DNA of 64,000 nucleotides from Candidatus Moraniibacteriota bacterium (GTDB taxonomy: Bacteria; Patescibacteriota; Minisyncoccia; Moranbacterales; DUUL01): assembly GCA_041596615.1 (NCBI GenBank), contig JBFHIG010000001.1:77382-141381 (forward strand), written 5' to 3'. The stretch's first letter is position 1; each line of letters starts with the position of its first letter. The notes under the pieces are model-generated. The model did no database searches and was not told the DNA's origin. It was given only the letters and a program-made list of their open reading frames with translations. This document shows, piece by piece, positions 29,687 through 39,326 of this stretch. Position numbers and translations under genes: made by a program.

Positions 29687-30325
29687 TTAGAAAAAGAAAG
29701 CCCACACGAAGATATATATTAGTAACAACAAAAACAAGCTTTTTATAAAAAACATTAGATCGCCTGCTTCTTTCTCGACTTTCCTTGTAAATCCTGAGAA
29801 AAAACAACCCAGGAAAATAAAAAGTGAGAAGAGCACTAAGCCTAGGGACATTAGCCCATGGAACTTTTCGGTGGTAGGAAATGCAAAAAGCATAAACAAC
29901 GAGGAAATTCCCAGCAAAACGCTTGCAAAGGCAGTCATTGTTAGTGATACGTATGAGGAAAAAATTTCATAAGGCATAGCTTTTCCCGTTATACGTTTGC
30001 GCTTTGTTGTGAAACTAAGCGTCAGGTAGGAAAATAATACGAGAACTATTGCAGGAAATAGCATAAGAGCATTTGGAGCAAAATTCTCAGAGGTTTCCCT
30101 GTAAGACACACCCTCTTTTCGAAATATTTTGCCATCCCGTAGAGTGCGGTTTGAATATTCCCATGTCGTTGTGATGTGAAAAAAATCCTTCTTTTTGGTG
30201 CTTATCACCCTGGGTTTTTCCAGAATTTCAACATCTGGACTTTCAAGCTCCTTAACCCCCTCTGCCGATATGGAAATAGAGAAGTTAAAGATCGTAAATA
30301 ATAAGATTATAAATATCTTTTTCAT
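29687..30325 (-). CDS. Hypothetical membrane protein (signal peptide, extracytoplasmic domain, C-terminal TM helices)
   Basis: Hydrophobicity pattern only. Confidence 0.4.
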   Translation of the reverse strand: MKKIFIILLFTIFNFSISISAEGVKELESPDVEILEKPRVISTKKKDFFHITTTWEYSNRTLRDGKIFRKEGVSYRETSENFAPNALMLFPAIVLVLFSYLTLSFTTKRKRITGKAMPYEIFSSYVSLTMTAFASVLLGISSLFMLFAFPTTEKFHGLMSLGLVLFSLFIFLGCFFSGFTRKVEKEAGDLMFFIKSLFLLLLIYIFVWAFFF

Positions 30326-30589
30326 ATGTGCATCTCCCTTTGCAAAATTTTAATGAACCATTTGGTTCTGTTTAAACTCCTTGATTGAGGTAGCTTCCCA
30401 AATAACGTTTTATTGTGGCATAAAAACCCGTCATTGTAAAGGAAGATATGCAATGAGTATAGACATCTGGCAATACATTACCTCTTACTTTTTCGAAAAT
30501 CTTCTTTAGTGAGTCAATATGAGACAGAGAATTTCTTGTGCCATTCCTTCATTAGTAAAGAGAGGCCAAGGGTTTTTGTTGTAGCTTGC

Positions 30590-30792
30590 GTTTTGAGCTC
30601 GGCCCAGGCCAAATATTAAAACGAGCCCCCAAAAAAAACCCATGTCCCCCTGTCTCACTCTGACTTGCCAAGGCGGGCCTTCTCAAAGGAGGAAAAGACT
30701 TGGCAATTTGTGCTGGGGCAGGCAAACTCGGACTAGCGCAAATCGTTGTGTAATTTATTTTTTACAAAAAAGGTACCTTTAAAGGTACCTTT
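30590..30792 (+). other. GC-rich structured intergenic element ending in the same 26-nt palindrome as 12126-12151 (here 30767-30792). It also carries the 13-mer AGGCAAACTCGGA shared with 9838-9850
   Basis: Hairpin TTGCCAAG ... CTTGGCAA encloses a GGAGG-rich loop. The palindrome lies immediately downstream of the dusB stop, where it also serves as a terminator. Confidence 0.4.
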
Positions 30793-30800
30793 TAAGATAC

Positions 30801-31775
30801 CTAAATCTTAGCCAAAACTTTTTTAATCTCCTCCACACTTCCAACCGTGTAGAGTTGCGCGCGTAGTTTTTTCGCATCTGGGAATCCTTTGAAATACCAA
30901 CCTAAATGTTTCCGCATTTCAACAATGTTTTTTTCTCCTTTGTATTTCGCAATTAATTCACAATGTCTCAGTGCGATTTTTTTGATTTCTTCTAATGATG
31001 GGGCGGTGTATTTTCCTGTTTGGAAATATTCCTTGATTTGAGAAAAGAGCCAAGGATTTCCAAGACAACCGCGAGCAATCCCAAGTCCATCAGCGCCTGT
31101 TTTTTCAAAAACTTCCTTGGCAATCTCTGGAGTAAAAAGTCCACCGTTAGCGATTACCTCTTTTTGGGGATATTTTTCCTTGATTTTTTTAATTAATTCG
31201 AGGTCAATCCCACCCGAAAAACCTTCCTTGAAAGTTCTTCCGTGAACCATGATTGTTTTCCAACCCAAACCTCCAACTTCGTCGAGGAAATCAAATGCAT
31301 TAATTCCATCAATCCCAGCTCTGATTTTGATTGAAATGGGAAGGGAAGTGTTGTCTAGCACAGCCTTTATTATTTCTTTAGCATGTTTTGGGTCTCGCAT
31401 AAGAGCGCAACCGCTATCTTGTTTCATCACTTTTTTGACAGGGCAACCAAAATTGATATCAATTCCTTCTGGTCGACGTGGCGTTATGGATTCTCCAATT
31501 TCAGTTATTTCTGGTAATCTGTCAATGATTTTTGTCGCAGTCGCAAAATATTCTGGGTTATTTCCAAAAAGCTGGATAATAAGCGGAAAGTCTTGTCTGC
31601 AAGAGTTGACAAATTCAATATTTTTTTGTAATGTGAAGCTGACACCAGTTGAAGAAAGCATTTCGGAATATAGAGCGTCTGCTCCGAGTTCTTTACAAAT
31701 AATCCGAAATGGAAGATCACTGATTCCTGCCATTGGGGCAAGGAATAATTTAGGAAAGTTTTTTTTCATACTCAT
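30801..31775 (-). CDS. dusB: tRNA-dihydrouridine synthase (DusB-like). The start is set at the internal Met (31775), not the ORF-track start at 32048
   Basis: The conserved Dus N-terminus begins MSMKKNFPKLFLAPMAGISDLPFR. The 91 upstream codons are hydrophobic junk, and an SD-led divergent gene starts at 31789. Confidence 0.75.
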   Translation of the reverse strand: MSMKKNFPKLFLAPMAGISDLPFRIICKELGADALYSEMLSSTGVSFTLQKNIEFVNSCRQDFPLIIQLFGNNPEYFATATKIIDRLPEITEIGESITPRRPEGIDINFGCPVKKVMKQDSGCALMRDPKHAKEIIKAVLDNTSLPISIKIRAGIDGINAFDFLDEVGGLGWKTIMVHGRTFKEGFSGGIDLELIKKIKEKYPQKEVIANGGLFTPEIAKEVFEKTGADGLGIARGCLGNPWLFSQIKEYFQTGKYTAPSLEEIKKIALRHCELIAKYKGEKNIVEMRKHLGWYFKGFPDAKKLRAQLYTVGSVEEIKKVLAKI

Positions 31776-31788
31776 AGGAGAAAATATT

Positions 31789-32082
31789 ATGGGAAAATTA
31801 ATGAAAGAAGCCGCTGAGGTTACAAAAGATTGGCTAGTCGATATTAAAAGCGAAGCAGTTATAACGCTTGCGAATGGTTTTGCTATGTTGCTTCTTGATT
31901 CTGGAGAAGAAAACGTTCCTAAGGCTCTCAAATCTTTCTCTACAATGTTGAAGAAATTGAAAGCAGAAGGAACTATCGTTTCAGAAGATACGACAAAATT
32001 GGCAAAAGCAATGGAGATGGAGTTAAAAATGAATTGGATTCCAATCAAATCACATTATGAGCGTGAAGCTCTGATGATGTAA
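31789..32082 (+). CDS. Hypothetical 97-aa protein (helical, Lys/Glu-rich)
   Basis: AGGAG lies 8 nt upstream of ATG 31789. The longer ORF-track version (31249-) is an in-frame run-on through the antisense strand of dusB. Confidence 0.4.
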   Translation: MGKLMKEAAEVTKDWLVDIKSEAVITLANGFAMLLLDSGEENVPKALKSFSTMLKKLKAEGTIVSEDTTKLAKAMEMELKMNWIPIKSHYEREALMM

Positions 32083-32171
32083 AATGGAGTTCGGAATGAA
32101 AGCAACGCCACTAGAAGTGGCAAACAGATAGGTGACCAGGAAATATTATTTTCTAGGTCACCTTTTGCTTT

Positions 32172-33611
32172 TTACTTACGGAATATCTCAAAGCCAGTTG
32201 GTGTATCTAAAATTTGAAACCCTTTTTCCTCTGCCAACCTTCTAAATTCGTCTGCGCTTTCGAAATCTTTTTCTTTGCGTGATTGCTCGCGCTTCTTTGC
32301 TAGTCCAATTATCTCACTTGGGATTTGTGCTGCATTTTTTTCTTTCAATTCTAGTCCTAAAATCTTATTTATTTTATTCCAAAAAGCAAGAATTTCAGTT
32401 GCATTTTTTAAAGAAAATTTATTCTCAGCAACATTTTTATTAACTTGTGTGATTAGTTCAAACAAGACTCCCAGCGCCATAGGAACATTCAAATCATCAT
32501 CCATTGCTTCAAAAAAACGAGATTCATATTTGCTCAAATCGAAAGAATCTTCAGTAATTGCAGTTTCACCTTTTTCTTCAATTTCTTTTATATTCTCAAC
32601 AAAACGAGAAATTTTCTCAAGATTTTTTCTAGCTTGCTCCATCCCGTCCCAAGTGAAATTCATCGCCGTGCGATAGTGTGAGCTAATAATCAACATTCTA
32701 AATTCCATTGGAGAAAATCCTTTAGCAGTGATTCCTTCTAGCGTGTAGAAATTCCCTTTAGATTTCGACATCTTCTTGGAATCCACAAGCAAAAAGCGAT
32801 TGTGAAACCAAAAGTTCGCAAATGTTTTTCCCGTGCATCCTTCAGATTGAGCAATTTCATTTTCGTGGTGTGGAAAGATGTGATCTTCGCCGCCAGTGTG
32901 AATGTCTAATGTTTCACCGAGATATTCCATCGACATCGCACTACATTCAATGTGCCAACCGGGATATCCCAGCGACCAAGGGCTTTCCCATTTTAAGATA
33001 TGTTCCTTGGGTGCTTTTAGCCAAAGTGCAAAATCATAGGGCTTTCTCTTGTCTGGATGCTCCTCAAGTCGTGCACCATTTTTAAGTTCCTCAATTTTTT
33101 TGCCAGACAGCTTTCCATAGCCTATGAATTTTTCAACATCATAAAAAACGTTACCATTGCTTTCATAGGCCAAACCTTTTTCTATGAGAGTTTTAATGAT
33201 TTCAATCATTTGAGAAACGTGTGCTGTTGCTCGAGGATAATAGCTCGCCTTTGAGATATTCAAGCTCTTGCTGTCTTTGAAAAACTGTTCTGTGTAGAAA
33301 TTTGCAATTTCCTCAGTTGTTTTGTTTTCACGAAGAGTAGCTTTGAGCATCTTGTCATCGCCAGAATCACCCTGGTTTAGATCATCTTCAGTCAGGTGTC
33401 CAACATCGGTGATATTGACAATGTGGCGAATTTCATAGCCGATTACCTCAAGATACCTTCGCAGGGTGTCAGCATGAATATAGGCACAAAGATTTCCAAT
33501 ATGCGCATAGTCATAGACAGTTGGCCCACAAGTGTAGATTTTAACTTTGCCTTTTTCAATTGATTTGAACTTTTCTTTTTCTCCCGAAAGGGTGTTGAAT
33601 AGTTTGAACAT
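32172..33611 (-). CDS. cysS: Cysteinyl-tRNA synthetase
   Basis: HIGH-type motif (HIGN), KMSKS, and Zn-binding cysteines; class I CysRS. Confidence 0.9.
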   Translation of the reverse strand: MFKLFNTLSGEKEKFKSIEKGKVKIYTCGPTVYDYAHIGNLCAYIHADTLRRYLEVIGYEIRHIVNITDVGHLTEDDLNQGDSGDDKMLKATLRENKTTEEIANFYTEQFFKDSKSLNISKASYYPRATAHVSQMIEIIKTLIEKGLAYESNGNVFYDVEKFIGYGKLSGKKIEELKNGARLEEHPDKRKPYDFALWLKAPKEHILKWESPWSLGYPGWHIECSAMSMEYLGETLDIHTGGEDHIFPHHENEIAQSEGCTGKTFANFWFHNRFLLVDSKKMSKSKGNFYTLEGITAKGFSPMEFRMLIISSHYRTAMNFTWDGMEQARKNLEKISRFVENIKEIEEKGETAITEDSFDLSKYESRFFEAMDDDLNVPMALGVLFELITQVNKNVAENKFSLKNATEILAFWNKINKILGLELKEKNAAQIPSEIIGLAKKREQSRKEKDFESADEFRRLAEEKGFQILDTPTGFEIFRK

Positions 33612-33629
33612 TTTTTTATAGTATAGTAA

Positions 33630-34532
33630 TTATTTGATGAATTGGCTTAGATATTTTTCTCCACGATCTGGGAATATGCAAACGATTTGAGCTTTTTTCT
33701 CCCCAGCAGGTTTGATTTTTTTGGCCATTTCCAAAGCCCCGTGGAGAGTCGCCGCAGAAGAGATTCCATAGAAGAGTCCTTCTTTAACACAAAGTTGCTC
33801 GTGTAGTTTGTATACAGCTGGTTCGTCTTGTATTCTTATGCTCCTATCAATAAAATCATAGTTGAGAATTTTGGGAACATAGGTGTCTAGATTTCGGGGA
33901 CCAGGGATTGTTGAGTTTTGTCCTATTTCAACTCCCACAACTTGAATTTCGCTGTTAAAATGTTTCATTCTTTTCCCGACCCCAGTAATTGTACCACCTG
34001 TACCAACTGTGGCCACTAGATGAGTGATGTCTGGAAGCTGTTCGACGATTTCTTTTCCGGTCGTATCAAAATGCACTTGCACACAAGCTTCATTTTCGTA
34101 TTGATTTGGCATGACCAGAGAAGAGTCTTGGGTTGCCATTTTCTTTGCTATTTCTATTGCTGTATCTCCTTTCCACTCTTCTTTTTTACAGAAAATGACC
34201 TCAGCCCCAAACATTTTTAGAATAGCTATACGTTCTGGTGTGGCATTTTCCGGAAGCATGATTTTGACAGGGCAGCCTCTTTTTGCCCCAATCATAGCAA
34301 GTCCAATCCCAGTGTTTCCAGATGAAGGTTCGAAGATTGTTTTTCCCTCGCCAAGTAATCCCTTTTTTTCCAGATCCAAAATCAGCGCTAGAGCAACACG
34401 GTCTTTAATGGACCCTCCAATATTTTCTCCCTCTAGTTTAGCATAGATGTCAAAGTTTTCACCACAGAAAGAACCCAATTTTATCAGGGGAGTGTTGCCA
34501 ATCAATTTTGTGATGTCTGTGGTTGTTTTCAT
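33630..34532 (-). CDS. cysK: Cysteine synthase (O-acetylserine sulfhydrylase, CysK/CysM family)
   Basis: PLP-lysine motif GGSIKDR, SSGNTG, and a glycine-rich loop GTGGTITG. Confidence 0.85.
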   Translation of the reverse strand: MKTTTDITKLIGNTPLIKLGSFCGENFDIYAKLEGENIGGSIKDRVALALILDLEKKGLLGEGKTIFEPSSGNTGIGLAMIGAKRGCPVKIMLPENATPERIAILKMFGAEVIFCKKEEWKGDTAIEIAKKMATQDSSLVMPNQYENEACVQVHFDTTGKEIVEQLPDITHLVATVGTGGTITGVGKRMKHFNSEIQVVGVEIGQNSTIPGPRNLDTYVPKILNYDFIDRSIRIQDEPAVYKLHEQLCVKEGLFYGISSAATLHGALEMAKKIKPAGEKKAQIVCIFPDRGEKYLSQFIK

Positions 34533-34850
34533 TTTGCTAGATTGTTACTGGGTGGCTATAAAACAAAAAATCTCTCGTCCTTCATGAAAAATACTTTTCA
34601 TAAAAGGGCGAGAGATTTCGCGGTTCCACCTTTATTCATTTCTTTTGAAAAAAATCAAAAAGAAATCTTAATTTAGCTATTACGGGCTTTCCCGACAAGA
34701 TTTGGCCAAAATATTCTTTGGATTTTATCATCCTGCAATCTGCCTATCTACATAGACGAACAAGGCGCACGCTTCCTTGGTCAAGATTTTTAAATGAAAT
34801 AAAGAACAAACTAAGTGTAGGATATTTTTTTGGTTGTGTCAAAGCTCCAC
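34533..34850 (-). promoter_or_regulatory. Candidate T-box riboswitch leader (tRNA-Cys-responsive) controlling cysK-cysS
   Basis: On the minus strand, AAUAAAGGUGGAACCGCG (plus 34619-34636) matches the T-box consensus AGGGUGGNACCGCG at 13 of 14 positions. Its UGGA would pair with the UCCA end of tRNA-Cys, whose discriminator is U73. A terminator hairpin (plus 34562-34618) and a U-run immediately precede the cysK AUG. Confidence 0.55.
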
Positions 34851-34938
34851 ATCTTGACATAAAGTCAATAATATGCTATAATTCACAATCAATGTTGGAA
34901 TAAAGGGACAGAAATCTATAAATCAACGGGAGGGGAAA

Positions 34939-35379
34939 ATGAAGGAAAAAACATTGGCAGTTCTTTGTCACATAGGTGCATTGATAGGAAGTACGTTCTT
35001 TCCAGGACTTGGTGGTGTTGTAGCAGTGCTCGTTATATGGGCTTTTGGAAAAGCCCCAGACAGAGAGCTACTCAATCAGCATGCAAAGGAGGCGATGAAT
35101 TTTTATATAAGCATAACGATTTACGCAATCATCATCTTTTTCATTGCCGTAGTAGTGTTTTTTGTCGGAGGAGTACTCTTAGTTGGAATTGATCCGATGA
35201 CAATGAAGGATCATTTTGAAACAATAATCGCCCCAGGAATAATTGGGGCATTAATAGCAGCAATGGCAGTCTCGATGTTGATAGGTCTTGCTATAGCAAT
35301 TTTTGTAATAGCTGCTATAGCAAACGCAATCGACGGAAAGGATTGTCACTATCCGTTAACAATCAGGCTGATAAAATAG
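34939..35379 (+). CDS. DUF4870-family small membrane protein
   Basis: N-terminal LAVLCHIGALIGS and four TM helices. An AGGGGA-type RBS lies upstream. Confidence 0.5.
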   Translation: MKEKTLAVLCHIGALIGSTFFPGLGGVVAVLVIWAFGKAPDRELLNQHAKEAMNFYISITIYAIIIFFIAVVVFFVGGVLLVGIDPMTMKDHFETIIAPGIIGALIAAMAVSMLIGLAIAIFVIAAIANAIDGKDCHYPLTIRLIK

Positions 35380-35383
35380 CCTG

Positions 35384-35432
35384 ACAACAATTTACATAAA
35401 AGCTCCTGCGGTTATAAACCACGGGAGCTTTT
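35384..35432. terminator. Bidirectional terminator between convergent genes
   Basis: AGCTCC ... GGAGCT stem followed by TTTTTT. Confidence 0.5.
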
Positions 35433-36218
35433 TTCGTTTATATATTCAACGAGTTTCTTTCTAAAAACAGAAGAGTTCCAGATATCATTATGCCCACTTC
35501 CTTCAACTAAAAAATATTCTTTTTCTTTGGTTGGAGCTTTGTCATATAGTTTTTGCGAAAATTTGTTTGGAATGACAACATCATTGTCCCCATGAATGAT
35601 CAATAAATTCCCATTATAATTACTCAGCCAAGCTACATTGTCATATTTTTCTGTTAGAAGAATAGATGTGGGGTAGATAATATATTTTGTTTGTGCAACT
35701 TCGTCTAATCTTGAAAATGGTGTGACTAGAATTAAATTATTAACATCACCTAAGCTGGCATGATAACTTGCCGCACCAGAGCCTATGCTTTGACCATATA
35801 CGATTATATTTTTGTATGATTTGGTTTGGATATAGTTGTGAATGTTCTGGACATCTTTCAATATAAGATCCCTAGAAGGTTTGTTGTCGGCGTCATTTGA
35901 GTACCCAGCATATTCCACAAAAATTAACGATGCATCAGATTTCTCAAGTGTTGATTTTGTATAACTTCTATCGCAAGCTGAGCCTGCATTGCCATGATAA
36001 TAAACAATAATGGTATCACTGGAATTTTCTTTTAAATAAAACCTAGTGCCACCAAAATCTGTCGCCTGATAGTCTTTGAATCCATCACAGTTTTTGAAAC
36101 TCTGATCATTTGGATAATAAAGCATCGATTTCTGATTGAGCAAGAGGACTAACCCAAAGAAAAAATAAACAACAACTAATGCGATTGAAATTTTAAGTAT
36201 TACTGATTTGATCTTCAT
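35412..36218 (-). CDS. Alpha/beta-hydrolase (esterase/lipase-like) with N-terminal membrane anchor
   Basis: HGNAGS oxyanion region, nucleophile elbow GQSIGSG, and a downstream Asp/His pair (GDND...H). Confidence 0.6.
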   Translation of the reverse strand: MKIKSVILKISIALVVVYFFFGLVLLLNQKSMLYYPNDQSFKNCDGFKDYQATDFGGTRFYLKENSSDTIIVYYHGNAGSACDRSYTKSTLEKSDASLIFVEYAGYSNDADNKPSRDLILKDVQNIHNYIQTKSYKNIIVYGQSIGSGAASYHASLGDVNNLILVTPFSRLDEVAQTKYIIYPTSILLTEKYDNVAWLSNYNGNLLIIHGDNDVVIPNKFSQKLYDKAPTKEKEYFLVEGSGHNDIWNSSVFRKKLVEYINEKSSRGL

Positions 36219-36244
36219 TTATTTACTATTTTTGTGCTTCTAAT

Positions 36245-37756
36245 TTATTTGTTTCCAAGTCTCTTTTGCTTTTTCCTGTTTAGGATATTTTTGAAAATCG
36301 CCAAGTCATTTTTTTTGAATTCTTGAAAAGCCCAAAGCAAAAGAATATAGAAAGCAAAAAGGAGAGCGGAATAGACAATAAACAAATATCCGGTACGTGG
36401 GAAAAGGAAAGCTGCCAAAATCATCAAAAAAGATGCCAGTGTGATTTTGAAAAAACTTTTAAGTGGGAAAAGATATCCGAATTCTCGGTGCGTGTAGATT
36501 AATCCAAAAACCATGATAATCAAAGACATAATGGCAGTTCCACCAGCCGCCCCCAAGAGACCATAAGACTTGATCAAGAAGTAGGTGAGAAAAACATTAA
36601 GCATCAACCCAACAAGTGCAGCATACATTGGAATTTTCACCTTACCAGCTCCGTTTAAGATGAAGGTTAGGACATAGAAAACAGTCAGAAAGCCCTCAGC
36701 GATGACATAAATTGACATGACTGGTGCGGCCGCAGAAAATTCGCTTGAGTAAAAAATATTAACAAGTGGCAAAGAGAAATATGACATAAGCAAACACACT
36801 GGAATGAGAAACATGGCCAAAAAGCGCAAAGACTGACCAATGATCTTTTTAGTTTCCTCTACGTTATTGGAGGATGTTGATTTGGAAATGGCAGGCAAAA
36901 GAATAATGGTAAGCGCATAAAATAGATTGTAGGGAATAGAGCCAACAGTGTATGCAGCGTTATAGACGCCAGTCTGTATATCGGAATGCATGATGCCTTT
37001 TACAAGATAGAGATCAATGGTGTTTAGCAGTTGATAGGCAATTAGAAAAATCGTTACTGGCCAAGCAAAAGACGTTAACTTTTTCCAATCGAATGACAGT
37101 TTCTTGTCTTCTTTTGGTGACTCAATTTGCAATTCTTTCTGAACCTTGAACTTATCGATTCCGAAGCCAATCAAGAACAAAACAAAAGGAGCAATGGCAT
37201 AGCCCAAAATTGCACCATGGATGGCCAAACCATATGGTTTTAAGGCGAATGCCAACCCAATGATAAAAACTATTCTCAAGACCCCACGGCTTGTTTTGAG
37301 GAATGCTTGAATCTTGAAACGGTGCAAGCCAGTATAATAATAGAAATAGAAAGAAGCAGCTGCAAAAGCAGGAATGACAAGTGAGGATAAACGGAAGAGA
37401 TTAGTGAGACTTGAGTCGCCGAGAGCCAGTGCAATGAGCGGTGAGACAAGAAAAAATAGAACAGTCATGCCACCAACTAGGGTTGCTTGAATTTTGATTG
37501 TTTGCCATTTGATAATCCCAATGAGTCCTTTTTTATTCTCAAAAACTTCGCTTAGATATTTCGACATAGCGGTTGGAATGCTTTGTCCAATGAGCACTAT
37601 GGTCATTGTTGTTAGTGTCACAATGATAGCAAAACGTCCGTAATCAGCTGGACCCAAAAGTCGTCCCACGGCAGCATGGATGATGTAACCAGAGAGGTTA
37701 TAAATAATTTCAGAGAAAAGAACGACGAAAGTTGATTTCAATAAAAAGTTAGACAT
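36245..37756 (-). CDS. Polysaccharide biosynthesis protein / oligosaccharide flippase (PST/Wzx-like, MOP superfamily)
   Basis: About 14 TM helices with the N-terminal pattern typical of PST-family flippases. Confidence 0.6.
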   Translation of the reverse strand: MSNFLLKSTFVVLFSEIIYNLSGYIIHAAVGRLLGPADYGRFAIIVTLTTMTIVLIGQSIPTAMSKYLSEVFENKKGLIGIIKWQTIKIQATLVGGMTVLFFLVSPLIALALGDSSLTNLFRLSSLVIPAFAAASFYFYYYTGLHRFKIQAFLKTSRGVLRIVFIIGLAFALKPYGLAIHGAILGYAIAPFVLFLIGFGIDKFKVQKELQIESPKEDKKLSFDWKKLTSFAWPVTIFLIAYQLLNTIDLYLVKGIMHSDIQTGVYNAAYTVGSIPYNLFYALTIILLPAISKSTSSNNVEETKKIIGQSLRFLAMFLIPVCLLMSYFSLPLVNIFYSSEFSAAAPVMSIYVIAEGFLTVFYVLTFILNGAGKVKIPMYAALVGLMLNVFLTYFLIKSYGLLGAAGGTAIMSLIIMVFGLIYTHREFGYLFPLKSFFKITLASFLMILAAFLFPRTGYLFIVYSALLFAFYILLLWAFQEFKKNDLAIFKNILNRKKQKRLGNK

Positions 37757-37894
37757 GATGGAAATACAAGGATTAAATGTTAATCAAGCAATTTTTAAGA
37801 TTAACAACCTAGATTATTATTTTATGCTAAAATATCTATTTTCACAAACAATTTTTGTTTAACTCCAACTCCAGAGCACATTTATAATTTATAA

Positions 37895-38266
37895 TTATAA
37901 TACAGAAGCTAAAATGGGGAATATGAGTCCAATTAATAATCCGATGATAATCCCAGGTATAACACCTATTGATAGGGGGGTTTTGAATATCAAAGAAAAT
38001 ATGATTGCCATTAGCGTTGCTGTTAAGATAGATCTAAGAAGACCACCCTTGAGCGCTAGAGGTATAGTGGATGTACCAATTTTAGCAATTAAAACATTTC
38101 CACCAGGATTAGGATAAATTAATAAGTTCAAAACGATTCCCATTATATACCCCAACAGAGATCCTCCAAAAGATGCCACTAGCGCAATCCAAATTTTATG
38201 TTTAATAATCCAACACACTATCGCGCCCGTAATCAGGCCAGATAACATTGTGCAATTACGTAGCAT
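37895..38266 (-). CDS. Hypothetical small membrane protein (Gly-rich TM helices)
   Basis: Hydrophobicity only. Confidence 0.35.
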   Translation of the reverse strand: MLRNCTMLSGLITGAIVCWIIKHKIWIALVASFGGSLLGYIMGIVLNLLIYPNPGGNVLIAKIGTSTIPLALKGGLLRSILTATLMAIIFSLIFKTPLSIGVIPGIIIGLLIGLIFPILASVL

Positions 38267-38400
38267 TGTTGCTAACTCAACAACTCGGCCCCTGGTTGTG
38301 GATCAAAATTATTCATAATTTTGTAGTAAAAAATAATTAAAGATGGTTTATACAATGATATCGTGTAAAATATGATTTTTTATTCCAGCAATCAAATGGT

Positions 38401-39273
38401 CTATGGACCCACAGTTACGACACTTCCTTCGCTGTCCATTTGTACAAAGAATAAAGGGCCATTGTTTGTTGACACATTTACACACTCTGAATATATGCCA
38501 TTCTTTTTCACTTGCTCTTTGCGTATACAATCATTAATAAACTTATTTACCGCAGAAGCATCTATTTTTTGTTCTGACATATAATCTATGACCCTGCCAT
38601 AAAAAAGACGCCCATCAATTATTTTTGGTTCAGACGTTTTTACAGTTATTTTTTTGTTTGTCTGTAAATAATTATTAATTTTTATTTTATCATCTTGAGC
38701 GCCATCAAGTTGAGTTGGCTTCTCGCCATTTATATAGATTTGCCAAACTTCAACATCTAATACTTGTTCCTTCTTGGAAGAATTCAATCCCCAGGAGACC
38801 ACGAGGCCATCATTTGTGTAAACAGTTTCTGCTCTGTCAAAGCTTTCTAGCCACATACCTGCTTCTTTTGTGCTGTTGAAGTGTTGCTGACCTTCTTCTG
38901 TGACTGCATGCTCCAGTGTTTTGCAACTTCCAGGTTTCCAACTGCTTGTATTTGGAGAATAAATACCATAACTTCCGTGCCAACGGCTTTTCCTGGCTTG
39001 CTGAAGGATGGTGCAGCTCTCACTCTCCCACAAGTAGGTTCTTTCGAGACATGATCCAGCAATTATGGAAATTTTCTTTTCGCCAATTTCAGCCGCAATG
39101 CTCATTCCTTGGTTCATTACTTTTTCAACAGTTGATGAGCCTTGGCATGAAGACAGCCTAGTCAAATTATAAGGAGCAGCCCATATCAATGGTAGTTGTG
39201 AAATGATTGCAATGCCAATAAATATTGCACCTATTAAAAATAAAATTCCGCTTATTGTTTTTTTATTGATCAT
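38401..39273 (-). CDS. Hypothetical membrane-anchored extracytoplasmic protein (Cys-containing)
   Basis: N-terminal TM anchor and a ~260-aa external domain with no recognisable motif. Confidence 0.4.
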   Translation of the reverse strand: MINKKTISGILFLIGAIFIGIAIISQLPLIWAAPYNLTRLSSCQGSSTVEKVMNQGMSIAAEIGEKKISIIAGSCLERTYLWESESCTILQQARKSRWHGSYGIYSPNTSSWKPGSCKTLEHAVTEEGQQHFNSTKEAGMWLESFDRAETVYTNDGLVVSWGLNSSKKEQVLDVEVWQIYINGEKPTQLDGAQDDKIKINNYLQTNKKITVKTSEPKIIDGRLFYGRVIDYMSEQKIDASAVNKFINDCIRKEQVKKNGIYSECVNVSTNNGPLFFVQMDSEGSVVTVGP

Positions 39274-39326
39274 AATTTAGTTATGGTTGCTTAATTATCC
39301 TTTAAAGACCTATTCTAGTATTTTTT

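Noticed and set aside
31776-32048. 91-codon N-terminal extension of the dusB ORF
   Set aside because: The conserved Dus N-terminus (MSMKKNFPKLFLAPMAG) starts at an internal Met (31775). The extension is hydrophobic and repetitive, and it overlaps a divergent gene.
31249-32082. 277-aa plus-strand ORF from the six-frame track
   Set aside because: Its first ~180 codons run antisense through the conserved dusB coding region and have low-complexity composition. A good SD/ATG at 31789 defines a 97-aa gene that accounts for the coding-like part.
34718-34903. 61-aa plus-strand ORF between cysK and the DUF4870 gene
   Set aside because: It lies antisense inside the T-box-like leader, has no RBS, and has Arg/Ser-rich junk composition.
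38348-38530. 60-aa Cys-rich minus-strand ORF (CKC...C..C..C)
   Set aside because: It overlaps the 3' end of the 290-aa gene by ~130 bp in another frame and has no RBS. It is likely spurious.
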